Assembly: GCA_040954595.2 (NCBI GenBank)
Contig: CM082579.2
Span: 6,809,625 to 6,873,624 of the forward strand
Direction of reading: 5' to 3'
Origin: Balanoglossus misakiensis
Taxonomy: Eukaryota; Animalia; Hemichordata
DNA: 64,000 bases
In this document: positions 37,827-51,246 of the stretch, piece after piece
How positions within the stretch are numbered: the stretch's first letter is position 1
How the letters are laid out: every line of letters starts with the position of its first letter
Made by a program: the position numbers and the translations under genes
Notes under the pieces: model-generated
Seen by the model: only the letters and a program-made list of their open reading frames with translations
Told to the model about the DNA's origin: nothing
Databases searched by the model: none

Positions 37827-38846
37827 CGGCAGATAGGATATGAAAAAGATAAAGGAAGTGAAGTGTTTGTATTTACGAAAGTGAATATCGCAATCGTGAG
37901 TCCTTTCTGTACAGGAAGTCCAGCTATTACATTTCAGCTATTACGGTTTATTTTAGAATCTGTACCGAGTTATGGAACAATGTGCTACACCAATAACAAC
38001 TATACTCCTGGTCAAAATCTTAAACGCTTAAAAGTATATACGGTTACCGGTGCAAGTTTAGCTGCAGTTACCATGGAAAGTGGAGATCTAGCAAACCAGA
38101 GATTCGTGACACATGGGTGTCCACGCGAAAGATAGTCAGCACATGGTCCAAAATATTGCCATGATTCTGGTGTGTGTGCGACGCTGGTTGTTAAGTTTTT
38201 TTGTCACTATATGTGTATACTCCGTGTCATACGTTTATGTTACGTGCTTTGAATAATTGATTAATTCACATATTCCTCGAATATATCACGAATCCTCTCA
38301 TCAGAGAAAAGGTTACAATGTTTGTGTCTTTATATACAACACCCAAGCTATAAGGGCAACATAAAGGGGAGAACCGAGAAATGCTGGGTGACATATATAT
38401 CAGGTCAGATAAGGCAGGAGTAATTTGGCGGAAGGTTTTGTAAGTGATCGTAAGATTGGTGATGTGAAATGTGACCACTCCCAGACACTATGTGTAACGA
38501 ACACATAACTATATATAATATTTCTCCGACGATCATTAAAGCTGGGATATATCTGTCGTTGTGTATATTCATATTGAATGTATGTGTATGTACATTGTTT
38601 GTGTGTGTGTGGACCGAATTGACTTTTGCTGCTTTGCAAAACACAAACATGCGGAAGTATGAACAGTACAACAGTATACTCAACGTTCAAAGGAGGCATA
38701 AGTTTATTTAAATCATTGGAAAATCATTACAACATCATCTGTACACTCTCAACCTACAAAGAAACATTCGGCTAGGAAGTGCCTGGATTTCAACATTTGA
38801 AAATGCCATATTGTGCGTTTTAGTGTTTTCTATACACGTTTCCTAT

Positions 38847-41584
38847 TCACCCACTCATCCAGATTTCTAAATAGAGCAAACTCGAGTGAAATCTAAAATA
38901 GATTTCCAACGGTGTTGTTAAATGTATGACAATGGACCACACTTTGAAGCCATAGAAACAATACTGAATTGGGAATATATCAACGTCTTTAAGCTCGTAT
39001 ATATTGGTCCACCAAAACATGAAATTTGTTAGTACTAGAAATATCATAATCTGTCGCGTGAAGTTGGGACTGAATTTTTCCGGGGGCTTCCTGTGGAGCG
39101 CGTCATAGAGGAAGATCACTTGAACGAAGATGTCGATGACCTTTACGCACTCGTGGATCAGAAGGAGAATAGGTCTGTGGACAGTTTGGAGAGTGAGAAA
39201 GGATGCAACGATGCTGAACGTTGCCGAGACAAACAGACCGCCGGCTGACACGAACAGCAGAAGCAGGGTGAGGCGTAGCGCGCCTTCCTTGTCGTCGTCG
39301 ATGACCCAGTCGACGCTGCGCCGCATCTTGACGTGGGATATCAAGTTGCCGAATATGGTCAGGGCGTACACGCACAACACCATTCCGTGGTAGATCTGTG
39401 AGGGCTTGCCCGTCTGGACGTCGATGTCGTTGTCTTCCGACGAAACCGTGGCGACAACGGCGGTGATGGAGGCGATCTGCACCAGGAAGCCCGTCCCTAG
39501 ACCGATAAAGCTGCACTCTAAGTTTTTGTACTTTTTTGGAGGATCATCTTTGTGAACCACTCGCCGACCGATGTTCCCGTACATGACGTACATAAAGCCG
39601 GACATGATGAGGTAGAATTCCATTGCCCCTGGAGTGAGAAACGGCGCTGATTTCTCCCTGAAATTGTGGAAGTTCATTGTTTCTGCGCCGGCATCTGCAA
39701 AGACAACATCCAGTGTACAGTCAAAATGATAAAAAAGCTTTCTATCTGAATTCAATACAACTTTCTTCACTGTGTACGTAACATCAAAGAGAGGTCGGAG
39801 TGAGTTACCTTTCGTGTGATGTAGATCACCTGTAGTGAAGTTTTCATAGGTCATGAGGAGTTCACACTCGGCGGACGCGTTGAATGACATCTCCATTAAA
39901 TCGACCATTACTTCCCGCACGAAATCCCGACTCCAGCAGCTCATACAGGTGGCCCATTGCATCATTATCGCCACTCTGGAAAGCCGAAGAGAATAAAATA
40001 TTGTAATCATGAGATGAACGGCGTGAAGGATACGTGGAGAATACTGCAAGTTCATGGATCATTTCTGAGGGAGTTACCGAACATCCCATTGAGTATTACT
40101 TTGATAAAAGGTTTAAAAAGCAATAATAGTTTTTTTGCCAGTTATTTTCTAGCTTTGATTCAAGCTGGTCGGTCGTGGGGTGTCTCACCCCCGGAACTTA
40201 CCTTGCTAAATGTTTCCATTTCGTCACACATTTATTGGAGTAGGCGCAAACAAACAACCAGAGAAGCAGGATAAACGCGACACCGAGAACGGCCTCCACG
40301 GCGTTGATTGCGCCACATATCTCAGAGCAACTGCGGTCAATGATCGAACCAAGTCGGAAGACGATCATCAGCATGCCACAAGCTCCGAACAGGGCGGCAC
40401 CAGCTGGAAAAGAGGAACGTGAATGTTAGCTGTGAATGCAAGTACTATTACCTATTTAGGAACAGAAATTTTCAAATATTCAATTACATTTGATAGACCT
40501 TCGAATATTTATTCGTGATCCGCATTGGTTGATTGATGAACTGATGTCATTCATTCATTCATTCATTCATTCATTTATTCATTCATTCATTCATTGTCTT
40601 TTCTCGGGCTGTGCATCATCGATTTCATTCGTTTGGCTGCATGCCAAGCAAATTCAACGGGATCTCACCTAAAATGTAACCGGAAGCAGCTTGGTGACTG
40701 TGGTGGCCAGCGTGTGGTCCTCGCATGGCGCCCGAAACGTGAATGAGGATGATGGACAGGATGGAGGCACTGTATAAGTACGTGTAGTAGGCGTCCAGGT
40801 GCCACAACTGAAAGTCGACCGGGTTCGCTTTGTCCGCGTGCCCGGCCCCACCCATCTGGAAGACGTATGCAAGCGGTAAAACTGTCCCCACCACGAGGTG
40901 TATGATGCCGTATAACTGGCTGAAGGCCTCCATGGTGCGTGACCTGATAAGAAAATAACGTCGGAAATTAATTGTAGTTCAAAATGGCAACAGTTGAATA
41001 TTTGAGATTATGGCTTATTTTCAAAATGTTGTTGTTTTTTCATTCAGAAAAGCTGTACACGATGTCTATGCTGTCCAAGTTCAGCAAAGGAACACACAGT
41101 GAGCGCGTGAGCATGTTTTCATGCCGGTCAAGGTCAGCAGCAGTTCTGAAACGCGTTTGAATCATCTCTTCGGAGAAAATAGTGTATCTGTGTGGGTGTT
41201 AGAAGGTGGGGGTGATTGCGAGGTTTTCCCTAGGAATCAATGAAAAAAGCATGCACAGTGCGCGCATGAGCATGTTTTCATCAGGTCAAGGTGAGGTGGA
41301 GCACCGCTACACTTTTGGGTAATCTCTTTACGGAAAAGTTTGCCTTCACTTTGTGTGTGTATCAACATTATTTAATACATATTTTTGCATGCGTTTGATT
41401 TGCTTGATCGCTCGAGGGAAAGCATCAACTACTGTCTTAATATTTAGTACATTAGCATCCAGCCAGGGAAACAACGAGATGTATAGGACGTAGACTGAAA
41501 TTATCGACTCGCTTCTTACCTGGGGACTGGTCTTTGGACGGCCTCAATCGGTAGTATCGCTTGGTATCCCCCGTCGCCGTTCAT
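38847..41584 (-). CDS. Otopetrin-family proton channel, copy A, 5 coding exons
   Basis: Exons 41584-41520, 40943-40669, 40403-40202, 39975-39809, 39694-38847. Multi-TM protein with AFSQLYG, FLTPGAMEFYLI, FVQVIFL, FLVLTNFMFWW, FYGFKVWSIVIHLTTPLEIYFRFHSS (otopetrin C-terminal P..IF/YR.HS motif). Confidence 0.85.
40547..40594. repeat. (CATT)n microsatellite in an otopetrin A intron
   Basis: Directly visible. Confidence 0.85.
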
Positions 41585-43782
41585 TTTATCAGGCGTTAGT
41601 ACTATCCTGTGTCTTGCGTTCTGGCGACGTAGCTGGCTCTCGTTTGCGTTTGGGGTATAGGACTGCTGATATTAGCAAACAACTATGCGTGTTTCTACAG
41701 TCAGGAGGTATATTGCACTTTTGAAGTTATCCTGACACGATCCCTAACACCTCAGGTTGGGCACACGCTACACGGACCACCAAACTTGCACGCGGTGGTC
41801 GAACTTTCAGGTCACCAGTTATAGGAGATCACTTGGACTGTCGGCTATTGTCTCGACCCGGCTTATATACGCAAAGATGTGTTCTATTTTTAACAAAAAA
41901 GTGATGGGAAAGTCCACTGGCCGATAAGACATGTGTTTTCTGAGCATGCGTGCTTCCAACGAGGATTCCAAAGAAACGCCCACGCTCCGCTGCCTTCAAG
42001 GTTGATGAACGACAGAGAATGTTCTCTTTGTCCGACAGCGGTATGCTATTCACGAAATCGCAAAAGTGACACCAACGCTGTCTGCCGGCTGGTGTTACCC
42101 GTCTGTTCTGCCTGTGACATAAATGGTTGCATGTTGTTCAAAGACAGAATATACAATGCACATTCCATTGAATCAACGTCACAAAATACGCAAGGCGGGG
42201 TTTACTTTCGATTTGATCAAACTCCAGGTTTTCATCTCGTTTATCGGGCATGCAGCTCATTCCTAAAGTGACGAGTCATTTAACGTTCTCCTGATGCCCT
42301 GCGTGCTCTTGGAGAAACACACTAAAAGCAATCCTAACTGTAGGTTGTAAGATTCGTGGCAACAAACTGTTTATCGCAAATTTCTTGGTCAAATAAATTT
42401 TAAACCAAAGACCTATAGATAAACAATGTATATCAATGGAAAGTCAGTTCTTTGCGTGAATCAAAAGCTGTGGTTCCGGATGTGTTTGTCTGGTTTCAGT
42501 ATATTAAAATGACGAGTCTAACTTTCACTTTCACATGTATGGCCGTTTGGAAAAACAACAACTGAAATGTGGATATCGTCGGAATAAACCGCGCCGGTGC
42601 CTTTAAAAGACACCAGTTTTGTCCACAGTCGCTAATAAATTACAAAGTCGTGTTTTTCTCATTGCCTGGTTTGAAACAATCAGAAATACAGTTCAGAATA
42701 GAAGTTATGATAATTTTGGCAGATTTCCGATTATTCGTACCCCATTCTCGCCCCACCGCGGGGAGCAGAGCGCTGCCGTAAAAGGGAGGGCCGTGGTTTG
42801 CGACGATGTCGTACCCGCGTGTTTTTCGTTCCCCTATTTTGCAGCAATGTCGCCATAAAGGTGTATACAGATCTTTGACCATAGCCCCACAGCAACCAAT
42901 AAATATACCACTGACACCGACACATACATGTATTATATACAACTTGTGACAGGTATGGAACAGCGCCTATGCCCGCAGCGAATGGTTTTAATTAGTACGT
43001 ACAGAACATATATAAATACCACATGTTGTCAAGGTCATCACCAAGGTCATTGCCAGACACGCCAACACCAAGGCATGCTGAGAAAATGAATACTTTAGTT
43101 GTGAAATTAACGTATGCTTTAATATGTACTTCGTATTCTTAATGTCACAATAGCTACTCGAAATGTGAAACAAGAGCACATTTGTATTCTATGTCAACTA
43201 CATGTATATTCTTATATAGAGTTCTAAACATTTTGAGACATGGACATACATGTACATCATGGACTAGTTAACAGCTTGAAGTCTATACGTTCTATATTGA
43301 CTGTGGTTCTATATATGAGTGACAGTTGCACTATGCATAATTCTTGCAATGGGACCTTCTCACTAGGCAAAGACCTTAACACAAAGTCCTAAAGTAACTA
43401 CTGATTGAAATGACCTTCAACAAAAGTGTAATTGGTATTGTATTTCCTTTAGTTTTCAGTGGTCAACTATGGAACTGTCAGTCCCGGTGTTTTTCGTTTT
43501 TATTTTATTTATATTTTGTTTTGTTTTTTATTTCTTTTCATTTTCTTTTCAAACAAAAACACACAAACAAACAAAAACACAAACAAAAACACACAAACTA
43601 TAGATATATTTATGCATTTTAACATTGGCAGCGATGGGCCGCCATATACCTGTGCTCCACAGGCAAGTTTTGCAAGGTTTCTCGAGGATTATGTAGTCAA
43701 CTATAGTACTAACATTGTTTCAGTTCCCTACTTCGCATCCATATAGTACCCAGGCCTGCTTTGGGTATGAAAGTCTGTCGTC

Positions 43783-46698
43783 TTATCCGCTGGTCCAGAT
43801 TTCCAAGTAGAGTATGCTCGAATGAAATCTGAAATAAATTGCCAACGGGTTGGTCAGGTGCAGCACAACGGACCACACCTCAAATCCGTAGAAGCAGTAC
43901 TGAATCGGGCTGGCACGAACGTCCTTCAGTTCGTAAATACTGGTCCACCAGAACGTGACACTGATGAACATCATAAGCATCATGATTTGGCGCGTGAACG
44001 TGGGGTTGAAGTTTTCCGGGGGTTTTCTGTGGAGCGCGTCGTACAGAAAAATCACCTGCGCGAAGATGTCGACGACCTTCGCGCATTCGTGGATCAGTAA
44101 GAGCACCGGCTCGTGGACAGAGTCGGGCATTTGCGCGGCCGCGACAATGCCGAAAGCGGACGAGAAGAACATGCCGCTGGCTGATATGAACAGCAGGACC
44201 GTGGTCAAGCGCAACTCATCTTCCCTATCGTCGTCGATTTGCCACTCGTCACTTCGGCGCATCGTGACATGAGCTATCAGATTCCCAGTTATCGACAGAG
44301 GGTACACAGCTAAAGCGAAACCATAGTAGATTATAGAGGGTACGCCATTGCCTTCGTCCTCCTTGTGGCCTTCGGATAATACGTGTGTGATGACGATTGC
44401 TATAGATGTCATAAGCAACACTAACCCTAAACCGAGACCTATATAGCTTCCTCGTAGGGTGTGGTGCCTTTTTGGAGGTTCTTGCCGGTGGGCTTCTTCA
44501 TCTTGGTCTTGGCGCTGGCCGATGTTTCCGTACATGACATACATAAAGCCAGACATGATGAGATAGAACTCCATTGCTCCGGGAACAAGGAATGCAGAGG
44601 AATTTTCTCTGATCTTTGAAAAGTCTTGCTCGTCGTCCCCACCTCCTGGAAAGACACAACAGCGGAGCTTTGTTGAACTCGAATGGAAGTTGTTCCATAT
44701 AGATATGTGCTTATATCGTGCTAAAAGTACTAGAACGGTGCTGGCCTTTGGCTGTTTTTTTTTTACTTTATCCGCAATTCCCAATTTATACAACAGCCGT
44801 CATTATTAGTATACCTTTACTGGTCTGTCACCCCCACACGTGTATAGTGCCAGGGAGAAGAGTCCAGCATAATATGACGTTATTACGATCAAAATACCGC
44901 AAAGTATGCACGAGGACATTAGCTGTATACGGCGGAGGGCAATGCGCAGATGTAATACTCGACTTGCTCCAAGTCCAAGGGCTTCATTGGTTCATAATAA
45001 ATACATTTTATAAAATATGTTCCAAGCCTGTCTATGCATGCTATGTAGCGTACGTGGAGTAAAAGACAGCGTGCGCACAAAAACACACAAAAAGGCATTG
45101 AGATTCCAAAAAAACAACACCAACCGACTAGTGGGCTAGTCTAATGTAATACAAGCATTACCTGATACATGATACTGATATGCCTTCTCCAGACTGTCGT
45201 TTCCATCGATGATACTACGGGCGCGGATTCTGCATATTTCAGATGAATTGAATGTCTGGTACGTGAGATCTTCCACTACTTCTCGCACGAAATCCCGACA
45301 CCAGCAGCTGATGCATGTGGCCCATAGCAGCATAAATGCAAGTCTGGAGAGGAATATTTACCAAGTCAACAGACACGCATATGTTTGCACTAGGGTAAGT
45401 TTCACATTTCCAGGGTCTACGGTTAAAAGTACTTACCCACTTCCCCTCGAGGAATAAACATTCGAGAGTGAAATGTAACCAAGCATAACCATATGTGAAT
45501 CGCTCCTCCCTTCTAAACAAAATAAGCTCTCACTTTGGGTTTTAAGCATATGTCGTACAACAATTTGTTTTAATAGCAATTTGCTGTGCGTCAAATTTAT
45601 ATATATATTTCCAGCCTCAAACGCACCTTGCAAACCGTTTCCCCTTCATAACACACTTATTGGAGTGAGCGCACACAAACAACCAGAGGACCAGGACAAA
45701 CACGATACTCAGGCCTGCCTCCACAGCGTCAATCGTCGAGCATTGCTCGCAACTGCCGTCAATCACCGAACCAAGTTTGAAGACGCCCTGTAACATTCCA
45801 CAACCTAAGAACAGTGTAGCACCACCTGCAAACGTTGAAATATTGACCCGTTTTAGTCTGCATTGTTTGTGTTTTATAAGCACTCTATATGTAATGTGCT
45901 TGCATGTATATTCATATTTAGTTCATGTCTACACATAGTTCTGTGTTGATACCGTGACGGTTGAAATAGGGATGTCTTTAAGCGATTGTTACGATTTATA
46001 TTTCCGTCAGTTTATTTTCTTTTCTAAAAGGGGTGGTGCGGATTCTCTTCACTCCACCTGTATTTCAGAAGACTTTTAATCCGAGAACATCTTACCTTTG
46101 ATGTAAACAGAGGCAGCTTGATAATGTTCTAGTCCGTTATGGGTTTGCATCATGCGAAAAATGTGCATGGCGACCACTGCTAATATGGACGCACCAAAAA
46201 GGTAGATGTAAAAAGCATCCAAGTACCAGAACTCCAGCTTTGGCTCGTGACCAACAGCTCGGTCTTTGTGAATAAACTGGAAAGCGAACGCCAGAGGCAA
46301 TACAGCTCCAACCACGGTGTGTATGATCCCGTATAACTGACTGAAGGCCGCGCTTGTGCGAGATCTGTAATGGTGATGAAAGTGCGATATCGTTGGCTGT
46401 GTGAGGCGATAGCATAAGTAAAAGACGTCGCCGTTCCCAACACCTGATTACACTGGAGGGGTATCGTGGGAATTTGTGAAAACCGAAACAAGTGACCTAT
46501 CTCTCTACACTCCAACCCCCCCCCCCCCCCCCAGGTGAAATAAAACACGTTTCGCGTTTCCTTAACATGTAAATATACGCTCTCAATATCCCAAATCCTT
46601 CAGGTACATATATACGAATATTATTTATTCACTCACCTGTGTTTAGGTCTACCATACTGCCCACGGTTTAGAGCTTGGTACTGTGTTCGATCGCTCAT
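43783..46698 (-). CDS. Otopetrin-family proton channel, copy B, 5 coding exons
   Basis: Exons 46698-46637, 46364-46096, 45825-45627, 45343-45162, 44645-43783; same intron positions as copy A. Motifs AFSQLYG, FLVPGAMEFYLI, FYGFEVWSVVLHLTNPLAIYFRFHSS. Confidence 0.85.
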
Positions 46699-47461
46699 GA
46701 TGCTTGGTCGATGGCGAGACGCCTTTCTGCGTACAGGACAAGCAAAACTGAAACGTAGTCTCGGTTACCCAGACCCCTCTGCTTCTCAAACGGGGAATTC
46801 CACTTACGAATAACTTACGAACCCTCTAACTTACGATTAACAAGTGCTTCTTGGTGATATTCTCAGACTGGTTTCAGTTCATAGAAATGTCAAGCGCGAT
46901 CCTCGAAAGGCACTCTGGCGAATGTGTGCCACGGACGGTGTAGATGCAAAAGTACAGCAGCATATGCTTTCGATCGGTTCCACACACAAACACACACACT
47001 CGCTCGCTCGCTCGGAGGTCCAGAGAAGGCGACGCGCCCTATGCGCAGAACTATCCGTCGAGGGAGCTGCGGTAAACTGGGCCTCACGAGCCAGCCATCA
47101 ATCGTGTACAGATAGCATGTAGAAAGCCCCGTGCTATTTATAGATCGGCGGGATTTTACGCTTTGCATGATACTCTGATGATAGGGTGCCACACGCCCAC
47201 GTGATATCATGAAAAAGCATGCATAGTTTCGCTTCGTGATGAGATGTTCGTAAATACATATAACATCAAAGGGGAAAACCCGATGACAGGAGCCTCCGAG
47301 GTGCTCTTAAAATTCTGTTTCGCACAGAGTTGCTGGTACATAATTGAGATAGTACAATATTAACTCATCTGTTATAACATAATAAAGCATATATAGCCAT
47401 CGTAAAATGACAGAAAAATGAAAATGTTTTAATTCTTCACGACATCGCATAAGTGACACCA

Positions 47462-50400
47462 CAAATAAGAATTTGCACCGCTGCGGTGCAAATAAGATCA
47501 TGGTAGTTATGCTGCAATATAGTGCGGTAAATTTCCGACTTTTTCGAGTACATGACGTTATGGCGAAGGGTTCATGAAGGCCAGCCTTTTACCTGAAGGT
47601 GTCAACTGATGTTGGTTCGAGACCACTTCTTTCTATTTCATTTTTTTTGTGAGAACTTTTAACGACATTATCATTGTAATTTTTATCATTTTCATAAATC
47701 CAATTCATTTTAATATCTATACGCTGTGTTTTTTATATGTCGGGTATAGGAAACATGCAGGGAAACTTGGTCATTTTTTTGTCGCGGTTCACTTGAGCAA
47801 GTCTGAATACGGAGTGCTCAGGAGAGATAAAGATAAACTCGCTAAAACCGTGTCTTTCCGTCCGCATAACCAACCAAGGAGCGAATAAGTCATTAAAAGG
47901 GCCGTAATAAAACGTTTTTGTCGCCGAGGAGTGAATAAAGAACGGTCAGATCGTTGCGGTGCAGGGAACTCTTATTTGCACCGCTGCGGTGCAAATAAGA
48001 ATTTGCACCGCTGCGGTGCAAATAAGATCATGGAAGTTATGCTATACTGCGGTAAATGTCCGACTTTTCGAGTACATAACCTAATGGCGAAGGGTTCATG
48101 AAGGCCAGCCTTTTACCTGAAGGTGTCAACTGATCTTGGTTCGAGACCACTTTTTTCTATTTTTTTTTGTGAGAACTTTTAACGACATTATCATTGTAAT
48201 TTTTATCATTTTCATAAATCCCATTCATTTTAATATCTATACGTTGTGTTTTTTATATGTCGGGTATAGGAAACATGCAGGGAAACTTGGTCATTTTTTT
48301 GTCGCGGTTCACTTGGGTAAGTTTGAATACGGAGTGCTCAGGAGAGATAAAGATAAACTCGCTAAAACCGTGTCTTTCTGTCCGCATAACCAACCAAGGA
48401 GCGAATAAGTCATTAATAGGGCCGTAATAAAACGTTTTTGTAGCCGAGGAGTGAATAAAGAACGGTCAGATCGTTGCGGTGCAGGGAACTCTTATTTGCA
48501 CCGCTGCGGTGCAAATAAGAATTTGCACCGCTGCGGTGCAAATAAGATCATGGAAGTTATGCTATACTGCGGTAAATGTCTGACTTTTCGAGTACATAAC
48601 CTAATGGCGAAGGGTTCATGAAGGCCAGCCTTTTACCTGAAGGTGTCAACTGATCTTGGTTCGAGACCACTTTTTTCTATTTTTTTTTTGTGAGAACTTT
48701 TAACGACATTATCATTGTAATTTTTATCATTTTCATAAATCCCATTCATTTTAATATCTATACGTTGTGTTTTTTATATGTCGGGTATAGGAAACATGCA
48801 GGGAAACTTGGTCATTTTTTTTGTCGCGGTTCACTTGGGTAAGTTTGAATACGGAGTGCTCAGGAGAGATAAAGATAAACTCGCTAAAACCGTGTCTTTC
48901 TGTCCGCATAACCAACCAAGGAGCGAATAAGTCATTAATAGGGCCGTAATAAAACGTTTTTGTAGCCGAGGAGTGAATAAAGAACGGTCAGATCGTTGCG
49001 GTGCAGGGAACTCTTATTTGCACCGCTGCGGTGCAAATAAGAATTTGCACCGCTGCGGTGCAAATAAGATCATGGTAGTTATGCTATACTGCGGTAAATT
49101 TCCGACATTCCGAGTACATAACCTAATGGCGAAGGGTTCATGAAGGCCAGCCTTTTACCTGAAGGTGTCAACTGATGTTGGTTCGAGACCACTTTTTTCT
49201 ATTTTTTTTGTGAGAACTTTTAACGACATTATCATTGTAATTTTTATCATTTTCATAAATCCCATTCATTTTAATATCTATACGTTGTGTTTTTTATATG
49301 TCGGGTATAGGAAACATGCAGGGAAACTTGGTCATTTTTTTTTGTCGCGGTTCACTTGGGTAAGTTTGAATACGGAGTGCTCAGGAGAGATAAAGATAAA
49401 CTCGCTAAAACCGTGTCTTTCCGTCCGCATAACCAACCAAGGAGCGAATAAGTCATTAAAAGGGCCGTAATAAAACGTTTTTGTCGCCGAGGAGTGAATA
49501 AAGAACGGTCAGATCGTTGCGGTGCAGGGAACTCTTATTTGCACCGCTGCGGTGCAAATAAGAATTTGCACCGCTGCGGTGCAAATAAGATCATGGTAGT
49601 TATGCTATACTGCGGTAAATTTCCGACATTCCGAGTACATAACCTAATGGCGAAGGGTTCATGAAGGCCAGCCTTTTACCTGAAGGTGTCAACTGATGTT
49701 GGTTCGAGACCACTTTTTTCTAATTTTTTTTGTGAGAACTTTTAACGACATTATCATTGTAATTTTTATCATTTTCATAAATCCCATTCATTTTAATATC
49801 TATACGTTGTGTTTTTTATATGTCGGGTATAGGAAACATGGTAGTTATGCTATACTGCGGTAAATTTCCGACATTCCGAGTACATAACTTAATGGCGAAG
49901 GGTTCATGAAGGCCAGCCTTTTACCTGAAGGTGTCAACTGATGTTGGTTCGAGACCACTTTTTTCTATTTTTTTTGTGAGAACTTTTAACGACATTATCA
50001 TTGTAATTTTTATCATTTTCATAAATCCCATTCATTTTAATATCTATACGCTGTGTTTTTTATATGTCGGGTATAGGAAACATGCAGGGAAACTTGGTCA
50101 TTTTTTGGTCGCGGTTCACTTGGGTAAGTCTGAATACGGAGTGCTCAGGAGACATAAAGATAAACTCGCTAAAACCGTGTCTTTCCGTCCGCATAACCAA
50201 CCAAGGAGCGAATAAGTCATTAATAGGGCCGTAATAAAACGTTTTTGTAGCCGAGGAGTGAATAAAGAACGGTCAGATCGTTGCGGTGCAGGGAACTCTT
50301 ATTTGCACCGCTGCGGTCAGATCGTTGCGGTGCAGGGAACTCTTATTTGCACCGCTGCGGTGCAAATAAGAATTTGCACCGCTGCGGTGCAAATAAGATC

Positions 50401-51232
50401 ATGGTAGTTATGCTATACTGCGGTAAATTTCCGACATTCCGAGTACATAACCTAATGGCGAAGGGTTCATGAAGGCCAGCCTTTTACCTGAAGGTGTCAA
50501 CTGATGTTGGTTCGAGACCACTTTTTTTCTAATTTTTTTTGTGAGAACTTTTAACGACATTATCATTGTAATTTTTATCATTTTCATAAATCCCATTCAT
50601 TTTAATATCTATACGTTGTGTTTTTTATATGTCGGGTATAGGAAACATGCAGGGAAACTTGGTCATTTTTTTGTCGCGGTTCACTTGGGTAAGTTTGAAT
50701 ACGGAGTGCTCAGGAGAGATAAAGATAAACTCGCTAAAACCGTGTCTTTCCGTCCGCATAACCAACCAAGGAGCGAATAAGTCATTAATAGGGCCGTAAT
50801 AAAACGTTTTTGTAGCCGAGGAGTGAATAAAGAACGGTCAGATCGTTGCGGTGCAGGGAACTCTTATTTGCACCGCTGCGGTGCAAATAAGAATTTGCAC
50901 CGCTGCGGTGCAAATAAGATCATGGAAGTTATGCTATACTGCGGTAAATGTCCGACTTTTCGAGTACATAACCTAATGGCGAAGGGTTCATGAAGGCCAG
51001 CCTTTTACCTGAAGGTGTCAACTGATGTTGGTTCGAGACCACTTTTTTCTATTTCTTTTTTTTTTTTTGTGAGAACTTTTAACGACATTATCATTGTAAT
51101 TTTTATCATTTTCATAAATACAATTCATTTTAATATCTATACGCTGTGTTTTTATATGTCGGGTATAGGAAACATGCAGGGAAACTTGGTCATTTTTTTG
51201 TCGCGGTTCACTAGGGCAAGTCTGAATACGGA
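47462..51232. repeat. Tandem array of ~520-bp units (8 unit starts, one internally deleted, one with an extra duplication); each full unit carries twin palindromes
   Basis: The anchor CATGAAGGCCAGCC occurs at 47573, 48097, 48617, 49139, 49660, 49905, 50468 and 50989 (spacings 524, 520, 522, 521, 245, 563, 521). Units are nearly identical and differ mostly in homopolymer length. Confidence 0.95.
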
Positions 51233-51246
51233 GGGTTAGGGTTAGG
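51233..51246 (+). repeat. Short telomere-like GGGTTAGGGTTAGG tract at the right junction of the array
   Basis: The last unit breaks off at ...GAATACGGAG, where other units continue TGCTCAGG, and runs directly into GGTTAGGGTTAGG. Confidence 0.55.

Noticed and set aside
47462-51232. CRISPR-like reading of the regularly spaced palindromes, and the repeated hydrophobic ORFs (MRTFNDIIIVIFII...)
   Set aside because: The sequence between palindromes is ~450 bp and identical rather than unique spacers, the context is eukaryotic, and there are no cas genes. The ORFs use non-ATG starts and shift frame with homopolymer length.
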